This document shows positions 49,788 through 59,698 of a stretch of DNA of 64,000 nucleotides, one piece after another. The notes under the pieces were generated by a model. It was given only the letters and a program-made list of their open reading frames with translations, was not told the origin of the DNA and searched no databases. The stretch comes from Nitrospirota bacterium (GTDB lineage Bacteria; Nitrospirota; Nitrospiria; 2-01-FULL-66-17), in contig JBMOMC010000001.1 in assembly GCA_049325335.1 (NCBI GenBank), positions 404,093 through 468,092 of the forward strand. The letters are read 5' to 3'. The translations under genes were made by a program, and so were the position numbers. The stretch's first letter is position 1. Every line of letters begins with the position of its first letter.

Positions 49788-50816
49788 TCAGCGTTTCAAG
49801 ACACGGAAGTGCTCATACCCCGCAACAGAGAGCGGTCGGCGACGCCCCGCGCCGTCAATCATCACAAGCCCGCGTCGCGCCGGCGTCACGCGGCCGATGA
49901 CGGTGAGCGGCGTATCATCGGCCGCCAACCGTTGCGCGCGAGCGAGATTCTCTGGCGGGATCGTCACCAGCAGTTCGAAATCTTCTCCCCCGCCCAACGC
50001 GAAGCGGATCGGGTCATGTCCGACCGTTTCGGCATACCGACGTAACGCGGTTGAGATCGGCAACGCGGGCAGATCGATTTCGACCCCGACGTTGCTCGCC
50101 TCGCATAGGTGGCGGACATCCGCAGCCAGGCCGTCGGAGAGATCGATCGCGGCCGTGGCCAGACGGTGAGCCGCCAATTGTTGGCCGACGATCAATCGCG
50201 CGGTGGGGAGCTGATGCCGATCGATCAGCCGCCGCGCGTGCGATCGAACCAGGCCTCGCGGCAGCCGCCCGCGTCGTTGGAGGAGCGCCAGTCCCGCGCC
50301 CGAATCCCCCAATGTCCCGGTCACGCACAACAGATCGCCGGCCCGCGCGCCCGCCCGCGTGAGCGCCCGCCCGCGCGCAACCTCGCCCAGCACGGTGACC
50401 GCAACGGACCAACAGGGCGCTGAGGACATGTCCCCGCCCCCGAGCGCGACGTTGTACCGCTTCGCGCAACGACCAAGCCCACGATAGAGCGCCTCGGCCT
50501 CGCGCACCGACGCGCGCGCCGGCAGCGACAGGGAAACGAAAAAAACCGTGGGGCGCCCGCCCATGGCCGCGATGTCGCTGAGATTGGCCGCCAGCGCCTT
50601 CTCCCCCAGCCGGTCGAAGGGCGTGTTGCCCCGCTCAAAATCCACGCCCTCGACCAGCACATCCGTGGTCACAAGCAGCTCGGTATTCGGTCGCGGTCTC
50701 ACGATCGCCGCGTCGTCACCAACGCCAAGGCGGACCTGAGGCGAGGTTGTTGGACAGAGCTTTGCGAGGCGAGCAATCAGCCCAAACTCACCGAGCCGCC
50801 GCAATTCGTCTTTCAC
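49788..50816 (-). CDS. thiL: Thiamine-monophosphate kinase
   Basis: GEFGLI, GVGDDAA, NLSDIAAMGG, GGD, IDLSDGL, GGEDFEL. Confidence 0.97.
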   Translation of the reverse strand: MKDELRRLGEFGLIARLAKLCPTTSPQVRLGVGDDAAIVRPRPNTELLVTTDVLVEGVDFERGNTPFDRLGEKALAANLSDIAAMGGRPTVFFVSLSLPARASVREAEALYRGLGRCAKRYNVALGGGDMSSAPCWSVAVTVLGEVARGRALTRAGARAGDLLCVTGTLGDSGAGLALLQRRGRLPRGLVRSHARRLIDRHQLPTARLIVGQQLAAHRLATAAIDLSDGLAADVRHLCEASNVGVEIDLPALPISTALRRYAETVGHDPIRFALGGGEDFELLVTIPPENLARAQRLAADDTPLTVIGRVTPARRGLVMIDGAGRRRPLSVAGYEHFRVLKR

Positions 50817-50854
50817 TCGTTCTTCTCCCCTGAGCGCGGAAGCGTGCGCTCAGG

Positions 50855-50978
50855 GAGCCTGTTCAGGAGCGGGCCATTCGCAAGGCGGAGCGAGCGCCCG
50901 CACCGGAGCGTACTGGGTCGTACGTGAGGAGCGGACGCGCAGCGACAACGCCGCAGATGGCCCCTCATGAACAGGCTC
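50855..50978 (+). repeat. Structured intergenic repeat / MITE-like element, copy C
   Basis: Perfect 11-bp terminal IR GAGCCTGTTCA/TGAACAGGCTC; same core motifs as copies A and B; abuts the lon stop codon. Confidence 0.85.
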
Positions 50979-53431
50979 TACGCGTTGATGGTGACGGAAC
51001 GGCTGTGACGCCCCGAGCTCGGCCGATGCGGCGACCGCGCCTTGACCATACGAAAGCCCTTCAGCGCCACCGGCAACACATCGTCCATGGTTTCCGCGAA
51101 CACGAGTTGCAGACCCTGCTTGACGTGTTTGGGCACGTCTTCCAGATCCTTCTCGTTGCGCTTCGGGATAATTACGGTCTTCATGCCCGCGCGTTTGGCG
51201 GCCAACAGTTTTTCCTTGAGCCCGCCGATGGGCAACACGCGGCCGCGCAAGGTCACTTCGCCGGTCATGGCCACGTCGTGGCGCACCGGGGTGTCGGTGA
51301 ACGCCGAGGCCAGGGCCGTGGCCATGGTGATGCCCGCGGACGGGCCGTCCTTGGGAATCGCGCCCGCCGGCACGTGCACGTGCACGTCGAGTTTGGCGAA
51401 CACGTCGGGCTTGATCCCGATCTCGTGCTGGCGGGACTTGATGTAGCTGAGCGCGGCGTGCGCCGACTCCTTCATCACGTCTCCCAAGTGCCCGGTCAAC
51501 GTGAGCGCGCCTTTGCCTTTCATGGTGGTGGCTTCGATGTAGATGATGTCGCCGCCGGACTCGGTCCAGGCCAACCCGGTGGCCACGCCGGTTTCGTCAT
51601 GTTCCTGCTCGGCCTCGGGCAAGTGCTTCGGAATGCCCAGGTACGACTGCAGGGTCTTGGGCGTGATGGGGTACTGTTTGACCTTGCCCTCCGCGATCTT
51701 GCGCGCGACCTTGCGAAACACGTTGGCGATCTCGCGTTCCAGGTTCCGCACGCCCGCCTCGCGCGTGTATTGGGTGATGATCATGCGCAGCGCGGCCTCG
51801 CTCAGGTCCACGTGTTTTTCGGTGATCCCGTGTTCGGTCAATTGCCGCGGGATCAGATAGTTCTTGGCGATTCCAACCTTCTCCTCCTCGGTATAGCCCG
51901 AAATATCGATGACCTCCATGCGATCGCGCAGCGGGCCGGGAATGGGGTCCATCAAGTTCGCGGTGGTGATGAACATGACGTTGGACAAATCGAACGGCAC
52001 GGCCAAGTAGTGGTCGGTGAACGCGTGGTTTTGTTCCGGGTCCAACACTTCCAGCAAGGCGGCCGCGGGGTCGCCGCGAAAGTCCATGCCGATCTTATCC
52101 ACCTCGTCCAGCATGAACACCGGGTTGTTCGAGCCGGCCTGTTTGATGCCTTGGATGATGCGGCCCGGCAGCGACCCCACGTACGTGCGTCGGTGCCCGC
52201 GGATCTCGGCCTCGTCGCGCACCCCGCCCAGCGACATGCGCACGAACTCGCGGCCCAACGAGCGCGCGATGGACTTGCCCAGCGAGGTCTTCCCCACGCC
52301 GGGAGGCCCCAGGAAACACAGAATCGGGCCCTTCATCTTCTCTTTCATCTTGCGCACGGCCAAAAACTCGAGGATGCGCTCCTTGACCTTCTCCAGATCA
52401 TAGTGATCCGCGTTGAGCACCTTTTCCGCGGCCGGGATATCCAGGTTGTCCTTGGTCCGCTTGCTCCACGGAATCTCGACCATCCACTCCAGATACGTGC
52501 GGATGGTGGCAGCTTCGGCCGAGTCCGGGTGCATCTTCTCCAGGCGTTTGAGCTGCTTGTCGGCTTCCTTGAAGACCTTTTCCGGCATCTTGGATTTCTT
52601 GATCCGTTTGCGGGTCTCGGCGATTTCCTCGGCGCGTTCGTCGACCTCGCCCAGCTCTTTTTGAATCGCCTTGAGCTGCTCGCGCAGAAAATACTCGCGC
52701 TGGCTGCGATCCATCTCGCCCTTGGCCTCGGCTTGGATTTTTTGCTGCATGGAGAGCAGCTCGATTTCCTTGTTGAGGATCTCGTTCACGCGCCGCAGCC
52801 GCTCGATGGGGTCCATGATTTCCAGGACCTCCTGCGCGGTTTCGACCTTCAACCCGAGGTTGGACGCGATCATGTCGGCCAAGCGGCCGGGTTCGTCGAG
52901 ATTTTCAATCACCACCATGATCTCGGGCAACAACAACTTGCCGAACCCGATGATCTTTTCCAATTGCTCCTTGACCGTGCGCATCAACGCCTCGATCTCC
53001 AACCCGACTTCGGGCTCCGGCGCGTCGGACAACTTCTCGGTCCGCACCACGTAAAACGGCGCGGTTTGGTCGTACTCCAACACCCGCGCGCGCGCGAGCG
53101 CCTGCACCAGGATCTTGATCCGTCCGTCCGGCAGCTTGAGCATCCGCATGATCATGCCCACCGTGCCGATCGAATAAATGTCTTTGGGTTGCGGGTTCTC
53201 CACGTCCAGCGCGCGCTGCGCCACCAACAACACGAGGCGGTTGCCCGCGAGCGCCTCGTCGATCGCCTTGATCGACATCTCCCGCCCCACGAAGAGCGGG
53301 AGCACCATGTGCGGAAACACCACCAAGTCCCGCACCGGCAACATCGGCAACTGGCTCGGGATTTCAACCTGCTGGGGTTCTTGATCTACCGTTTGGGTCA
53401 CGCGTGGCTCCCCTGTGTCGTTATCGCTCAT
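50978..53431 (-). CDS. lon: ATP-dependent Lon protease
   Basis: Lon N domain, [33 protein letters not shown]. Confidence 0.99.
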   Translation of the reverse strand: MSDNDTGEPRVTQTVDQEPQQVEIPSQLPMLPVRDLVVFPHMVLPLFVGREMSIKAIDEALAGNRLVLLVAQRALDVENPQPKDIYSIGTVGMIMRMLKLPDGRIKILVQALARARVLEYDQTAPFYVVRTEKLSDAPEPEVGLEIEALMRTVKEQLEKIIGFGKLLLPEIMVVIENLDEPGRLADMIASNLGLKVETAQEVLEIMDPIERLRRVNEILNKEIELLSMQQKIQAEAKGEMDRSQREYFLREQLKAIQKELGEVDERAEEIAETRKRIKKSKMPEKVFKEADKQLKRLEKMHPDSAEAATIRTYLEWMVEIPWSKRTKDNLDIPAAEKVLNADHYDLEKVKERILEFLAVRKMKEKMKGPILCFLGPPGVGKTSLGKSIARSLGREFVRMSLGGVRDEAEIRGHRRTYVGSLPGRIIQGIKQAGSNNPVFMLDEVDKIGMDFRGDPAAALLEVLDPEQNHAFTDHYLAVPFDLSNVMFITTANLMDPIPGPLRDRMEVIDISGYTEEEKVGIAKNYLIPRQLTEHGITEKHVDLSEAALRMIITQYTREAGVRNLEREIANVFRKVARKIAEGKVKQYPITPKTLQSYLGIPKHLPEAEQEHDETGVATGLAWTESGGDIIYIEATTMKGKGALTLTGHLGDVMKESAHAALSYIKSRQHEIGIKPDVFAKLDVHVHVPAGAIPKDGPSAGITMATALASAFTDTPVRHDVAMTGEVTLRGRVLPIGGLKEKLLAAKRAGMKTVIIPKRNEKDLEDVPKHVKQGLQLVFAETMDDVLPVALKGFRMVKARSPHRPSSGRHSRSVTINA

Positions 53432-53458
53432 GTGTCGTGACGTCCGTGAACCGCGGAG

Positions 53459-53872
53459 TCAACCATCCCGTACCGGAATCTCGATGGCTTGCTGCCGTCG
53501 ATCCGGAATTTTAGGGAACGTCACGGTCAACACACCGCGTTCATACCGCGCCGTGGCCGCGTGCGGATTCACGGGGATCGGCAAAGTCACCACGCGATGA
53601 AACGCGACCGTGCTGCGCTCCACCCGTAAATACCCGCGGCGGGCCGCGTCCTCTCGGTTGCGCGGCGCGCCTTCGATGGTCAGGTTGTTCTGCGACACTA
53701 TGATCCGCAAATCCGCGATCGCCACGCCGGGCAAATCCACCTCGACCACGAGTCCGCCCGCGACTTCATACAAGTCCAAGAGCGGCGTGGTCGGCGCCTC
53801 GTGTTCGGACAACCGGGACGTGGCGATCACCCGTTCGCCCACGGTCCGCACCGCGATTTCCTGTTTGGCCAT
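53459..53872 (-). CDS. Hsp20/alpha-crystallin small heat-shock protein
   Basis: DLYE..VEVDLPGV, LTIEG, ER..FHRVVTLP, ARYERGVLTVTFPK, C-terminal IEI. Confidence 0.93.
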   Translation of the reverse strand: MAKQEIAVRTVGERVIATSRLSEHEAPTTPLLDLYEVAGGLVVEVDLPGVAIADLRIIVSQNNLTIEGAPRNREDAARRGYLRVERSTVAFHRVVTLPIPVNPHAATARYERGVLTVTFPKIPDRRQQAIEIPVRDG

Positions 53873-53889
53873 GACGACGCCCCCACCTG

Positions 53890-54765
53890 CTATTTGAGTC
53901 GCAGATCCTCCAGATACTGGCGGAACGCGGCTCCGAGCTCGGGGCTCTTCAAGCCGAACTCCACCGTGGCCTTGAGAAACCCCAATTTGTCTCCGGCGTC
54001 GTGCCGGCGGCCCTCGAGGACCTTCCCGTACAGCCGGCCTTGTCGGGCCAGCTCGCGCAACGCGTCCGTGAGCTGAATCTCGCCGTTGCGGCCCGGCGCG
54101 GTCCGCTCCAGAATCCCGAAAATATCCCCGGTGAGCACGTATCGGCCGATGACCGCGACCGTGGACGGTGCCTGTTGAGCCGTCGGTTTTTCGATCAGGT
54201 CGGCAATCTGATACAAGCCGGGTTTCACCTCCCGGCCTTGAATGATGCCGTACTGGCTCACTTCCTCGCGCGTCACGGGTTGGAGCCCGATCACCGCGAC
54301 GCCGACCTCCTGATGCACGGACAGGAGTTGTTGGATCGCGGGCACCGGGTGATCGATGATGTCGTCGCCCAGCAGCACCGCGAACGTCTCCGCGCCCACC
54401 ACGCCTTGCGCCTGCAACACCGCGTGACCGAGGCCCTTGGCCTCACGCTGCCGGACATACACGAACCGCGCGAGCCCCGTGATCTCCCGGATCTCGTCGA
54501 GCTGCTTTTTCTTGCCCTGATCGTTCAACGTGGTTTCCAACTCGAACGCCACATCGAAGTGGTCCTCGATCGCGCGTTTGCCGCGGCCGGTAACGATCAC
54601 GATGTCCCGAATCCCAGCGGCCACGGCCTCTTCCACCACGTATTGAATGAGCGGCTTGTCCACCAGCGGCAACATTTCCTTGGGAGAGGCTTTGGTGGCG
54701 GGGAGAAAACGCGTGCCGAGGCCCGCGGCGGGGATGACGGCCTTCACGATCGGCGAGGCGTGCAT
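53890..54765 (-). CDS. galU: UTP--glucose-1-phosphate uridylyltransferase
   Basis: KAVIPAAGLGTRFLPATKASPKEMLP, GLGHAV, EKP, GEIQLTDA. Confidence 0.97.
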   Translation of the reverse strand: MHASPIVKAVIPAAGLGTRFLPATKASPKEMLPLVDKPLIQYVVEEAVAAGIRDIVIVTGRGKRAIEDHFDVAFELETTLNDQGKKKQLDEIREITGLARFVYVRQREAKGLGHAVLQAQGVVGAETFAVLLGDDIIDHPVPAIQQLLSVHQEVGVAVIGLQPVTREEVSQYGIIQGREVKPGLYQIADLIEKPTAQQAPSTVAVIGRYVLTGDIFGILERTAPGRNGEIQLTDALRELARQGRLYGKVLEGRRHDAGDKLGFLKATVEFGLKSPELGAAFRQYLEDLRLK

Positions 54766-54772
54766 CGCGGGC

Positions 54773-54802
54773 ATTCTAGGGGTCATCCTCGGGCAATGTC
54801 AA
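54773..54802 (-). promoter_or_regulatory. Putative sigma70 promoter of galU (leaderless)
   Basis: Minus strand TTGACA-18 bp-TAGAAT, 7 nt before ATG 54765. Confidence 0.7.
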
Positions 54803-55413
54803 CGGTTGCCGCCCCGCGCGCGGGCCGACAGTTCGGCCCAGACGCGCGCCACCGCGCGCCGGATTTCGGCGCGCGGGCGACGGCCGTCGATCACGTAGTC
54901 GGCCAGCCGGCGTTTTCGCGCCAGCGGCCATTGGCTACGAATACGCGCCAGCGCCTCGGCGCGCGACAACCCGTCGCGCGCCGACAGACGGGCCACTTGC
55001 GTGCGCTGGTCCGCGCTGACCACGATCACCGCGTCCATCCGGCGATGCGCGCCGGTCTCCATCAGCAACGCCGCGTCGAACACCACGACCGCGCCTGAGG
55101 CGCGGGCCGCGAGCGCGCGCGTAAGCGCGCGCTGCAGCGCGAACACGCGCGGATGCACGATGGCTTCGAGGCGCCGACGGCGGCGTGGATGACCGAAGAC
55201 CAATGCCGCCAATGCGGCGCGATCCACCACTCCGTGCGGCGCCGCGGCCGGGCCGAACGCGCGGGCCACGGCGCGCGCGCCGGGCGACCCCGGCGCGAGC
55301 GCCTCGCGGGCGAGCTGGTCCGCGTCAATCACGTACGCGCCCAGCGCGCGCAACATGGCGGCCACCGTGCTCTTGCCGCAGGCGATCCCGCCCGTCAGAC
55401 CCACCACAATCAT
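54799..55413 (-). CDS. coaE: Dephospho-CoA kinase
   Basis: VGLTGGIACGKSTV, IDAD, DRAAL, LEAIVHP, RIRSQ. Confidence 0.95.
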   Translation of the reverse strand: MIVVGLTGGIACGKSTVAAMLRALGAYVIDADQLAREALAPGSPGARAVARAFGPAAAPHGVVDRAALAALVFGHPRRRRRLEAIVHPRVFALQRALTRALAARASGAVVVFDAALLMETGAHRRMDAVIVVSADQRTQVARLSARDGLSRAEALARIRSQWPLARKRRLADYVIDGRRPRAEIRRAVARVWAELSARARGGNR

Positions 55414-55529
55414 GGGTCCGCAGTGTAGCACGGATCCGTCCGCTCGCGACGTCGTTGATCACCCCGCTCCGCTGCGCGTACAATGCGGTCCGCAGCGCGC
55501 ATGAGTCACCGAGTTCTCATCCTCACCGC

Positions 55530-56537
55530 ATGACACGACGCGGCCGACGATCGCGACCGGTCCGCCGCGTCGTGGCCTGGGCCGCGTTGGCCGCAGGAAC
55601 CGTTGTCGTGGCGCTCGGAGCCTACGTCTACCTAACGCTTCCCGACGTACGCGGGCTCACGACCAAAAACCCCACGCGCACCGCGTTTATGGCGTTACGC
55701 GAACGGGAGTACCGCGACCGCGAGGCGCGCGCGCCCACCCCCCGCCAGACCTGGGTGCCGCTCAAACGCATCTCCCCCAACTTGGTCGACGCGGTGCTCG
55801 TGGCCGAAGATGCGGCGTTCTATCAACACGACGGGGTGGACTACCACGAGTTGTGGGAGTCCCTGAAGATCAATTGGAAGGACCGCGCGATGCGGCGCGG
55901 CGCCAGCACGATCACGCAGCAACTCGCCAAAAACCTCTACCTGTCGCCCGAACGCACCGCCATGCGCAAGGCGCGCGAACTGCTGATCGCCAGGCGGCTG
56001 GAACGCACCTTGGGCAAACGCCGCATCTTGGAGATCTATCTCAACGTGGTGGAATGGGGACGCAACGTGTACGGCGCGGAGGAAGCCGCGCGGCGGTACT
56101 ACGGCGTACCCGCCCGCGACCTCACGCCCGCACAAGGCGCCACGCTCGCGGGTATGTTGATCAATCCCATCCGCTACAGCCCGCTCGCGCCGTCCTCCCG
56201 GCTCTCTCGCCGCAAACGCATTATTTTGGAGCGCATGGCGAAATACGGGAAGATCACGCAACAGGAGTACCGCCTGGCCATGGGGCTTGAGCCGCCGCGG
56301 CACGAAGAACCCTCCGAATCCGCCCCGACTCGGTCCGCGCCGCCTCCCCCGCCGGTGGTCGAGGAAGTTGACGACGCGCTCGGGGAGGACGAACCGATCG
56401 CGGAACCGCCGGCGGGCGAGGTGCCGCCCCTGGAACTGAGCGACCAGCCGGTGGAAGACGTGTCCCCGCCGACGATCATTCTCCCGGATTTACCTCCTCC
56501 GGCGGGAGAGTCCGACCCCATCCCGTTGATGGAGTAG
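55530..56537 (+). CDS. mtgA: Monofunctional peptidoglycan transglycosylase (GT51) with acidic Pro-rich tail
   Basis: AEDAAFYQHDGVD, RGASTITQQLAKNLYL, RKARE, KRRILEIYLN. Confidence 0.93.
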   Translation: MTRRGRRSRPVRRVVAWAALAAGTVVVALGAYVYLTLPDVRGLTTKNPTRTAFMALREREYRDREARAPTPRQTWVPLKRISPNLVDAVLVAEDAAFYQHDGVDYHELWESLKINWKDRAMRRGASTITQQLAKNLYLSPERTAMRKARELLIARRLERTLGKRRILEIYLNVVEWGRNVYGAEEAARRYYGVPARDLTPAQGATLAGMLINPIRYSPLAPSSRLSRRKRIILERMAKYGKITQQEYRLAMGLEPPRHEEPSESAPTRSAPPPPPVVEEVDDALGEDEPIAEPPAGEVPPLELSDQPVEDVSPPTIILPDLPPPAGESDPIPLME

Positions 56538-56822
56538 AACCCCCTCACTCGTTTGTGCTAGTATCACGCGGCGCGACTTGAGGAAACGAATATGCTCGTG
56601 GTTCGGTCCTCATGGTCGTCGGCACGTTGGAGGCCACATGCGGTCGACAACGCTCCATCATTGGTCTCACGGCTCCCATTTAAGCCCGCATCACTCCCCA
56701 GTGCGCGCAGACGCGGCGTGGCGTCGCGTCCCGAGCGGACCCGGCAGCGCGCAAGGGATCACGCGATCGGTTCCGAGCGTCCGGCCCGCGGCTCGAGCCT
56801 TGTTCGAGAGGGAGGACGGCAC

Positions 56823-57122
56823 ATGGGAATGAGACTCTACGTCGGCAACCTGTCGTTTGCGGCCTCCGACACCGACCTACAAGCCTTGTTTACTCAGGCC
56901 GGAAACGTGACGTCGGCCAAGGTCATCACCGACGTCTACACCGGTCGATCTCGCGGATTCGGGTTCGTGGAGATGGCCTCGCGGGACGACGGCCAGAAAG
57001 CCATCGACCAGTTCAACGGCAAACCGCTCAAGGGCAGGCCGATCATCGTGAACGAGGCGCGTCCGCCCGTGCGGCGCCCGGGCAACGACGCGGGCGCACG
57101 CGGCCACGGCCTGACCGCATGA
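56823..57122 (+). CDS. RRM (RNP-1) RNA-binding protein
   Basis: LYVGNL (RNP2), RGFGFVEM (RNP1), VNEARP; GGAGGA RBS. Confidence 0.95.
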   Translation: MGMRLYVGNLSFAASDTDLQALFTQAGNVTSAKVITDVYTGRSRGFGFVEMASRDDGQKAIDQFNGKPLKGRPIIVNEARPPVRRPGNDAGARGHGLTA

Positions 57123-58858
57123 CACACTCCGGTCCGAAGGCGTCCACCCGGCCGCGCCGGCCGGCGTTGCACTCCGCGCAGCAGGTCTCACCCGGTCGGT
57201 TTCCGGAATCGCTCACACGGCATCTGATCCAGTTACAACGCGACGGGTTCCTCACGAGTCTGCGCGAGCGCCGCACCGATCTGTGGAACCCCGATCCCGC
57301 GCACCAAGCCGTGGCGGCCAATCGGCTGGGCTGGGTGGACCCGCTCGCCCTCATCGACCGGCACGCGCCGCAGTTGACCGACTGGTCCCGCAACGCCCGC
57401 GCGCGCCACGACATGTTCGTGCTGCTCGGCATGGGCGGGTCCAGCCTCGCGCCCGAAGTCATCGCGCGCGTGTCCGCGGCCCCGGCGGACGCGGCCCGGT
57501 TCGTGATGCTCGATTCCACCGACCCGGACGCGATCGCCGCGGTGGTCGCGCGAACCGAGACCGGCAATCCCCTGTACCTGGTGTCGTCCAAATCCGGCGG
57601 CACCATTGAAACCCGCTCCCACGCCGAATTCTTTTTTGCGCGCGAGGCCGCCCTCCGGTCCGAACCCGGGCGATCCTTCATTGCGATCACGGACCCGGAT
57701 TCACCCGTGGCCCGGCTCGGGCGCGATCGCGGGTTCGCGCACGTGTTCCTGAACGCGCCCGACATCGGCGGCCGCTACTCCGCGCTCTCGTTGGTGGGTC
57801 TGGTCCCCGCGGCCTTGCTCGGACTCGCGCCGTCCGCCATTGCGGACCGCGTAGCCGCCATGATGGATACGTGCGCCCCGGACGCCCCGACCTACGAAAA
57901 CCCCGCGTTGGTGCTGGGCGCGCTCATGGCCGTATCCGCGCTCAACGGCGCGGACAAACTCACGCTCCTGACCTCTCCCGCGCTCGCGCCCTTTGCCGCA
58001 TGGGTGGAGCAGTTGATCGCGGAGAGCACGGGCAAGGACGGCCGCGGCATCATCCCGGTGGCGGGTGAACCCCTGGACCACGTGACCTTGGGGAGCGACC
58101 GCTGCGTGGCGGCGTTGACGCTGCAGGGCGATCACGATCCCGCGCTGGCCAAAACGCTCGCCGCCATACGCGCGAGCCACGCCCCGGTGGTGGAAATTAC
58201 GTTACCCGATCGTCTCGCGGTGTTCGGAGAGTTCTACAAGTGGGAGGTCGCCACCGCGGTGGCCGCGAGCCTCTTGCACATCGATCCGTTCGACGAACCG
58301 AACGTCAAAGAGAGCAAGGACATGACAGCGGCGATCTTGGCGCAGGTCGAAAAAACCGGCCGCTTGCCCATCGGCCCGGTGGCGGCGGAAACCGATCGTC
58401 TCGCCATCTGGGCCGCCGCGCCGCGGCCGTCCGTTGACGCCGTGCTGCGCGAGTTTTTCGCGGCCGTGAAGTCCCCCATGTACGTGTCTCTGCTCGGCTA
58501 CTTGAACCCGGGCCCCGGCGTCGAACCCGCGATCACGCGCGTGCGCCGCGCCATCGGTTCCACATTGGGCGTACCCACGCTCTTCGGCTGGGGACCGCGC
58601 TACTTGCACTCGATCGGCCAACTCTACAAAGGCGGCCCGCCGACCGGCGCATTCATCCTCCTGACCTCGGACCACGCCGCCGCCCAAGCCATCCCCAACG
58701 CCCCCTACACCTTCGGCCAACTGGAACTGGCCCAGGCCCTGGGCGACCTGGAAGCCTTGGCCAAACACACCCGCCCGGCGGTGAGGATTCACTTAAAAGG
58801 CGACCTGGTCACCGCGCTCGCGGAATTGGAGCGCGTCGTCGCAACCGCGCTGTCATAA
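57119..58858 (+). CDS. Glucose-6-phosphate isomerase-like protein (PGI module of Tal-Pgi type)
   Basis: RLGW, LGMGGSSL, SKSGGTIET, IGGRYSALS, QLIAESTGK, PFDEPNV, GPRYLHSIGQ. Confidence 0.9.
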   Translation: MTHSGPKASTRPRRPALHSAQQVSPGRFPESLTRHLIQLQRDGFLTSLRERRTDLWNPDPAHQAVAANRLGWVDPLALIDRHAPQLTDWSRNARARHDMFVLLGMGGSSLAPEVIARVSAAPADAARFVMLDSTDPDAIAAVVARTETGNPLYLVSSKSGGTIETRSHAEFFFAREAALRSEPGRSFIAITDPDSPVARLGRDRGFAHVFLNAPDIGGRYSALSLVGLVPAALLGLAPSAIADRVAAMMDTCAPDAPTYENPALVLGALMAVSALNGADKLTLLTSPALAPFAAWVEQLIAESTGKDGRGIIPVAGEPLDHVTLGSDRCVAALTLQGDHDPALAKTLAAIRASHAPVVEITLPDRLAVFGEFYKWEVATAVAASLLHIDPFDEPNVKESKDMTAAILAQVEKTGRLPIGPVAAETDRLAIWAAAPRPSVDAVLREFFAAVKSPMYVSLLGYLNPGPGVEPAITRVRRAIGSTLGVPTLFGWGPRYLHSIGQLYKGGPPTGAFILLTSDHAAAQAIPNAPYTFGQLELAQALGDLEALAKHTRPAVRIHLKGDLVTALAELERVVATALS

Positions 58859-58878
58859 AGCGGGAATCCGGCAAAGGC

Positions 58879-58901
58879 GGGCGCACGCCGTGCGCCCCTA
58901 C
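58879..58901 (-). repeat. GTAG-type REP palindrome
   Basis: Minus strand GTAG-GGGCGCAC-ggc-GTGCGCCC; shares the AAAGGC flank with the 49729 copy. Confidence 0.75.
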
Positions 58902-58966
58902 GACAACAATCTAGAAGATGGCCGCCATTTGACACGGCCTGTCTAATGATGCTACGACAACCTTCT

Positions 58967-59698
58967 ATGTCCCGCTCGTCCACATTGCCCGCCCCTGCCG
59001 AGAAAGAACGCGTGGTCCAGCGCATGTTTTCCGCCATTGCGCGCTGGTACGACGTTAACAACACGGTCCTATCGCTCGGCCTGCACCACGCGTGGAAACG
59101 CGAAGCCGTGGGCCTGACCGAGGTCACACCGGGCGGACGGGTGCTGGATTTATGCGCGGGCACGTGCGACCTCGCGATCCTGCTCGCGGACGCGGTGGGA
59201 GCCACCGGCCGCGTGGTGGCCAGTGATTTGAACCCGGAGATGCTGGGGGTGGGCCGCGATAAGGTCGCGGGCCGCGGCTTGGGCAATCGCGTGGCTTGCG
59301 TGTTGGGCAACGCGGAGGCGCTGCAATTTCCCGACAACTCGTTCGATGCCCTGACCGTGGCGTTCGGCCTGCGCAACGTCACGCACCTGGACAAGGCCCT
59401 GGCCGAGATGCACCGGGTGCTCAAGCCCGGGGGCCGCGCCGTGTGCCTGGAGTTCTCCCAGCCCACCAACGCCGCGTTTCGCAAAACGTACGACTTCTAC
59501 TCCTTCACCCTGCTGCCCAAGGTCGGCACCTGGATCAGCCGCGACCGCACCGGGGTGTATCAGTACCTGCCGGACTCGATCCGCCACTTTCCGGCGCAAG
59601 AGCCGTTCGCGGACCTGTGGCGCAAGACCGGGTTCCGCGAGGTCGCGTACCGCAACCGATCCGGCGGCATCGTGGCCATCCACGTAGGCGTCAAGTGA
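58967..59698 (+). CDS. ubiE: UbiE/MenG-family quinone C-methyltransferase
   Basis: VQRMFSAIA..YDVNN..LS.G.H..W, LDLCAGTCD, AFGLRNV, EMHRVLKPGG, YLPDSI. Confidence 0.93.
   Translation: MSRSSTLPAPAEKERVVQRMFSAIARWYDVNNTVLSLGLHHAWKREAVGLTEVTPGGRVLDLCAGTCDLAILLADAVGATGRVVASDLNPEMLGVGRDKVAGRGLGNRVACVLGNAEALQFPDNSFDALTVAFGLRNVTHLDKALAEMHRVLKPGGRAVCLEFSQPTNAAFRKTYDFYSFTLLPKVGTWISRDRTGVYQYLPDSIRHFPAQEPFADLWRKTGFREVAYRNRSGGIVAIHVGVK

Noticed and set aside
50924..53440. 838-aa plus-strand ORF
   Set aside because: Antisense shadow of lon caused by GC-rich codon bias; no recognisable motifs. The same applies to 13846-15309 (dnaK), 15646-16884 (dnaJ), 44074-45669, 41170-42522 and similar ORFs.
56592..56822. 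77-aa N-terminal extension of the RRM protein
   Set aside because: A strong GGAGGA RBS precedes ATG 56823 and the family normally starts at the RNP2 strand; treated as UTR.
59296..59694. N-terminal extension of the radical SAM ORF (possible fusion or frameshift with ubiE)
   Set aside because: It is an off-frame overlap with an intact ubiE; GTGA coupling at 59695 explains the arrangement.
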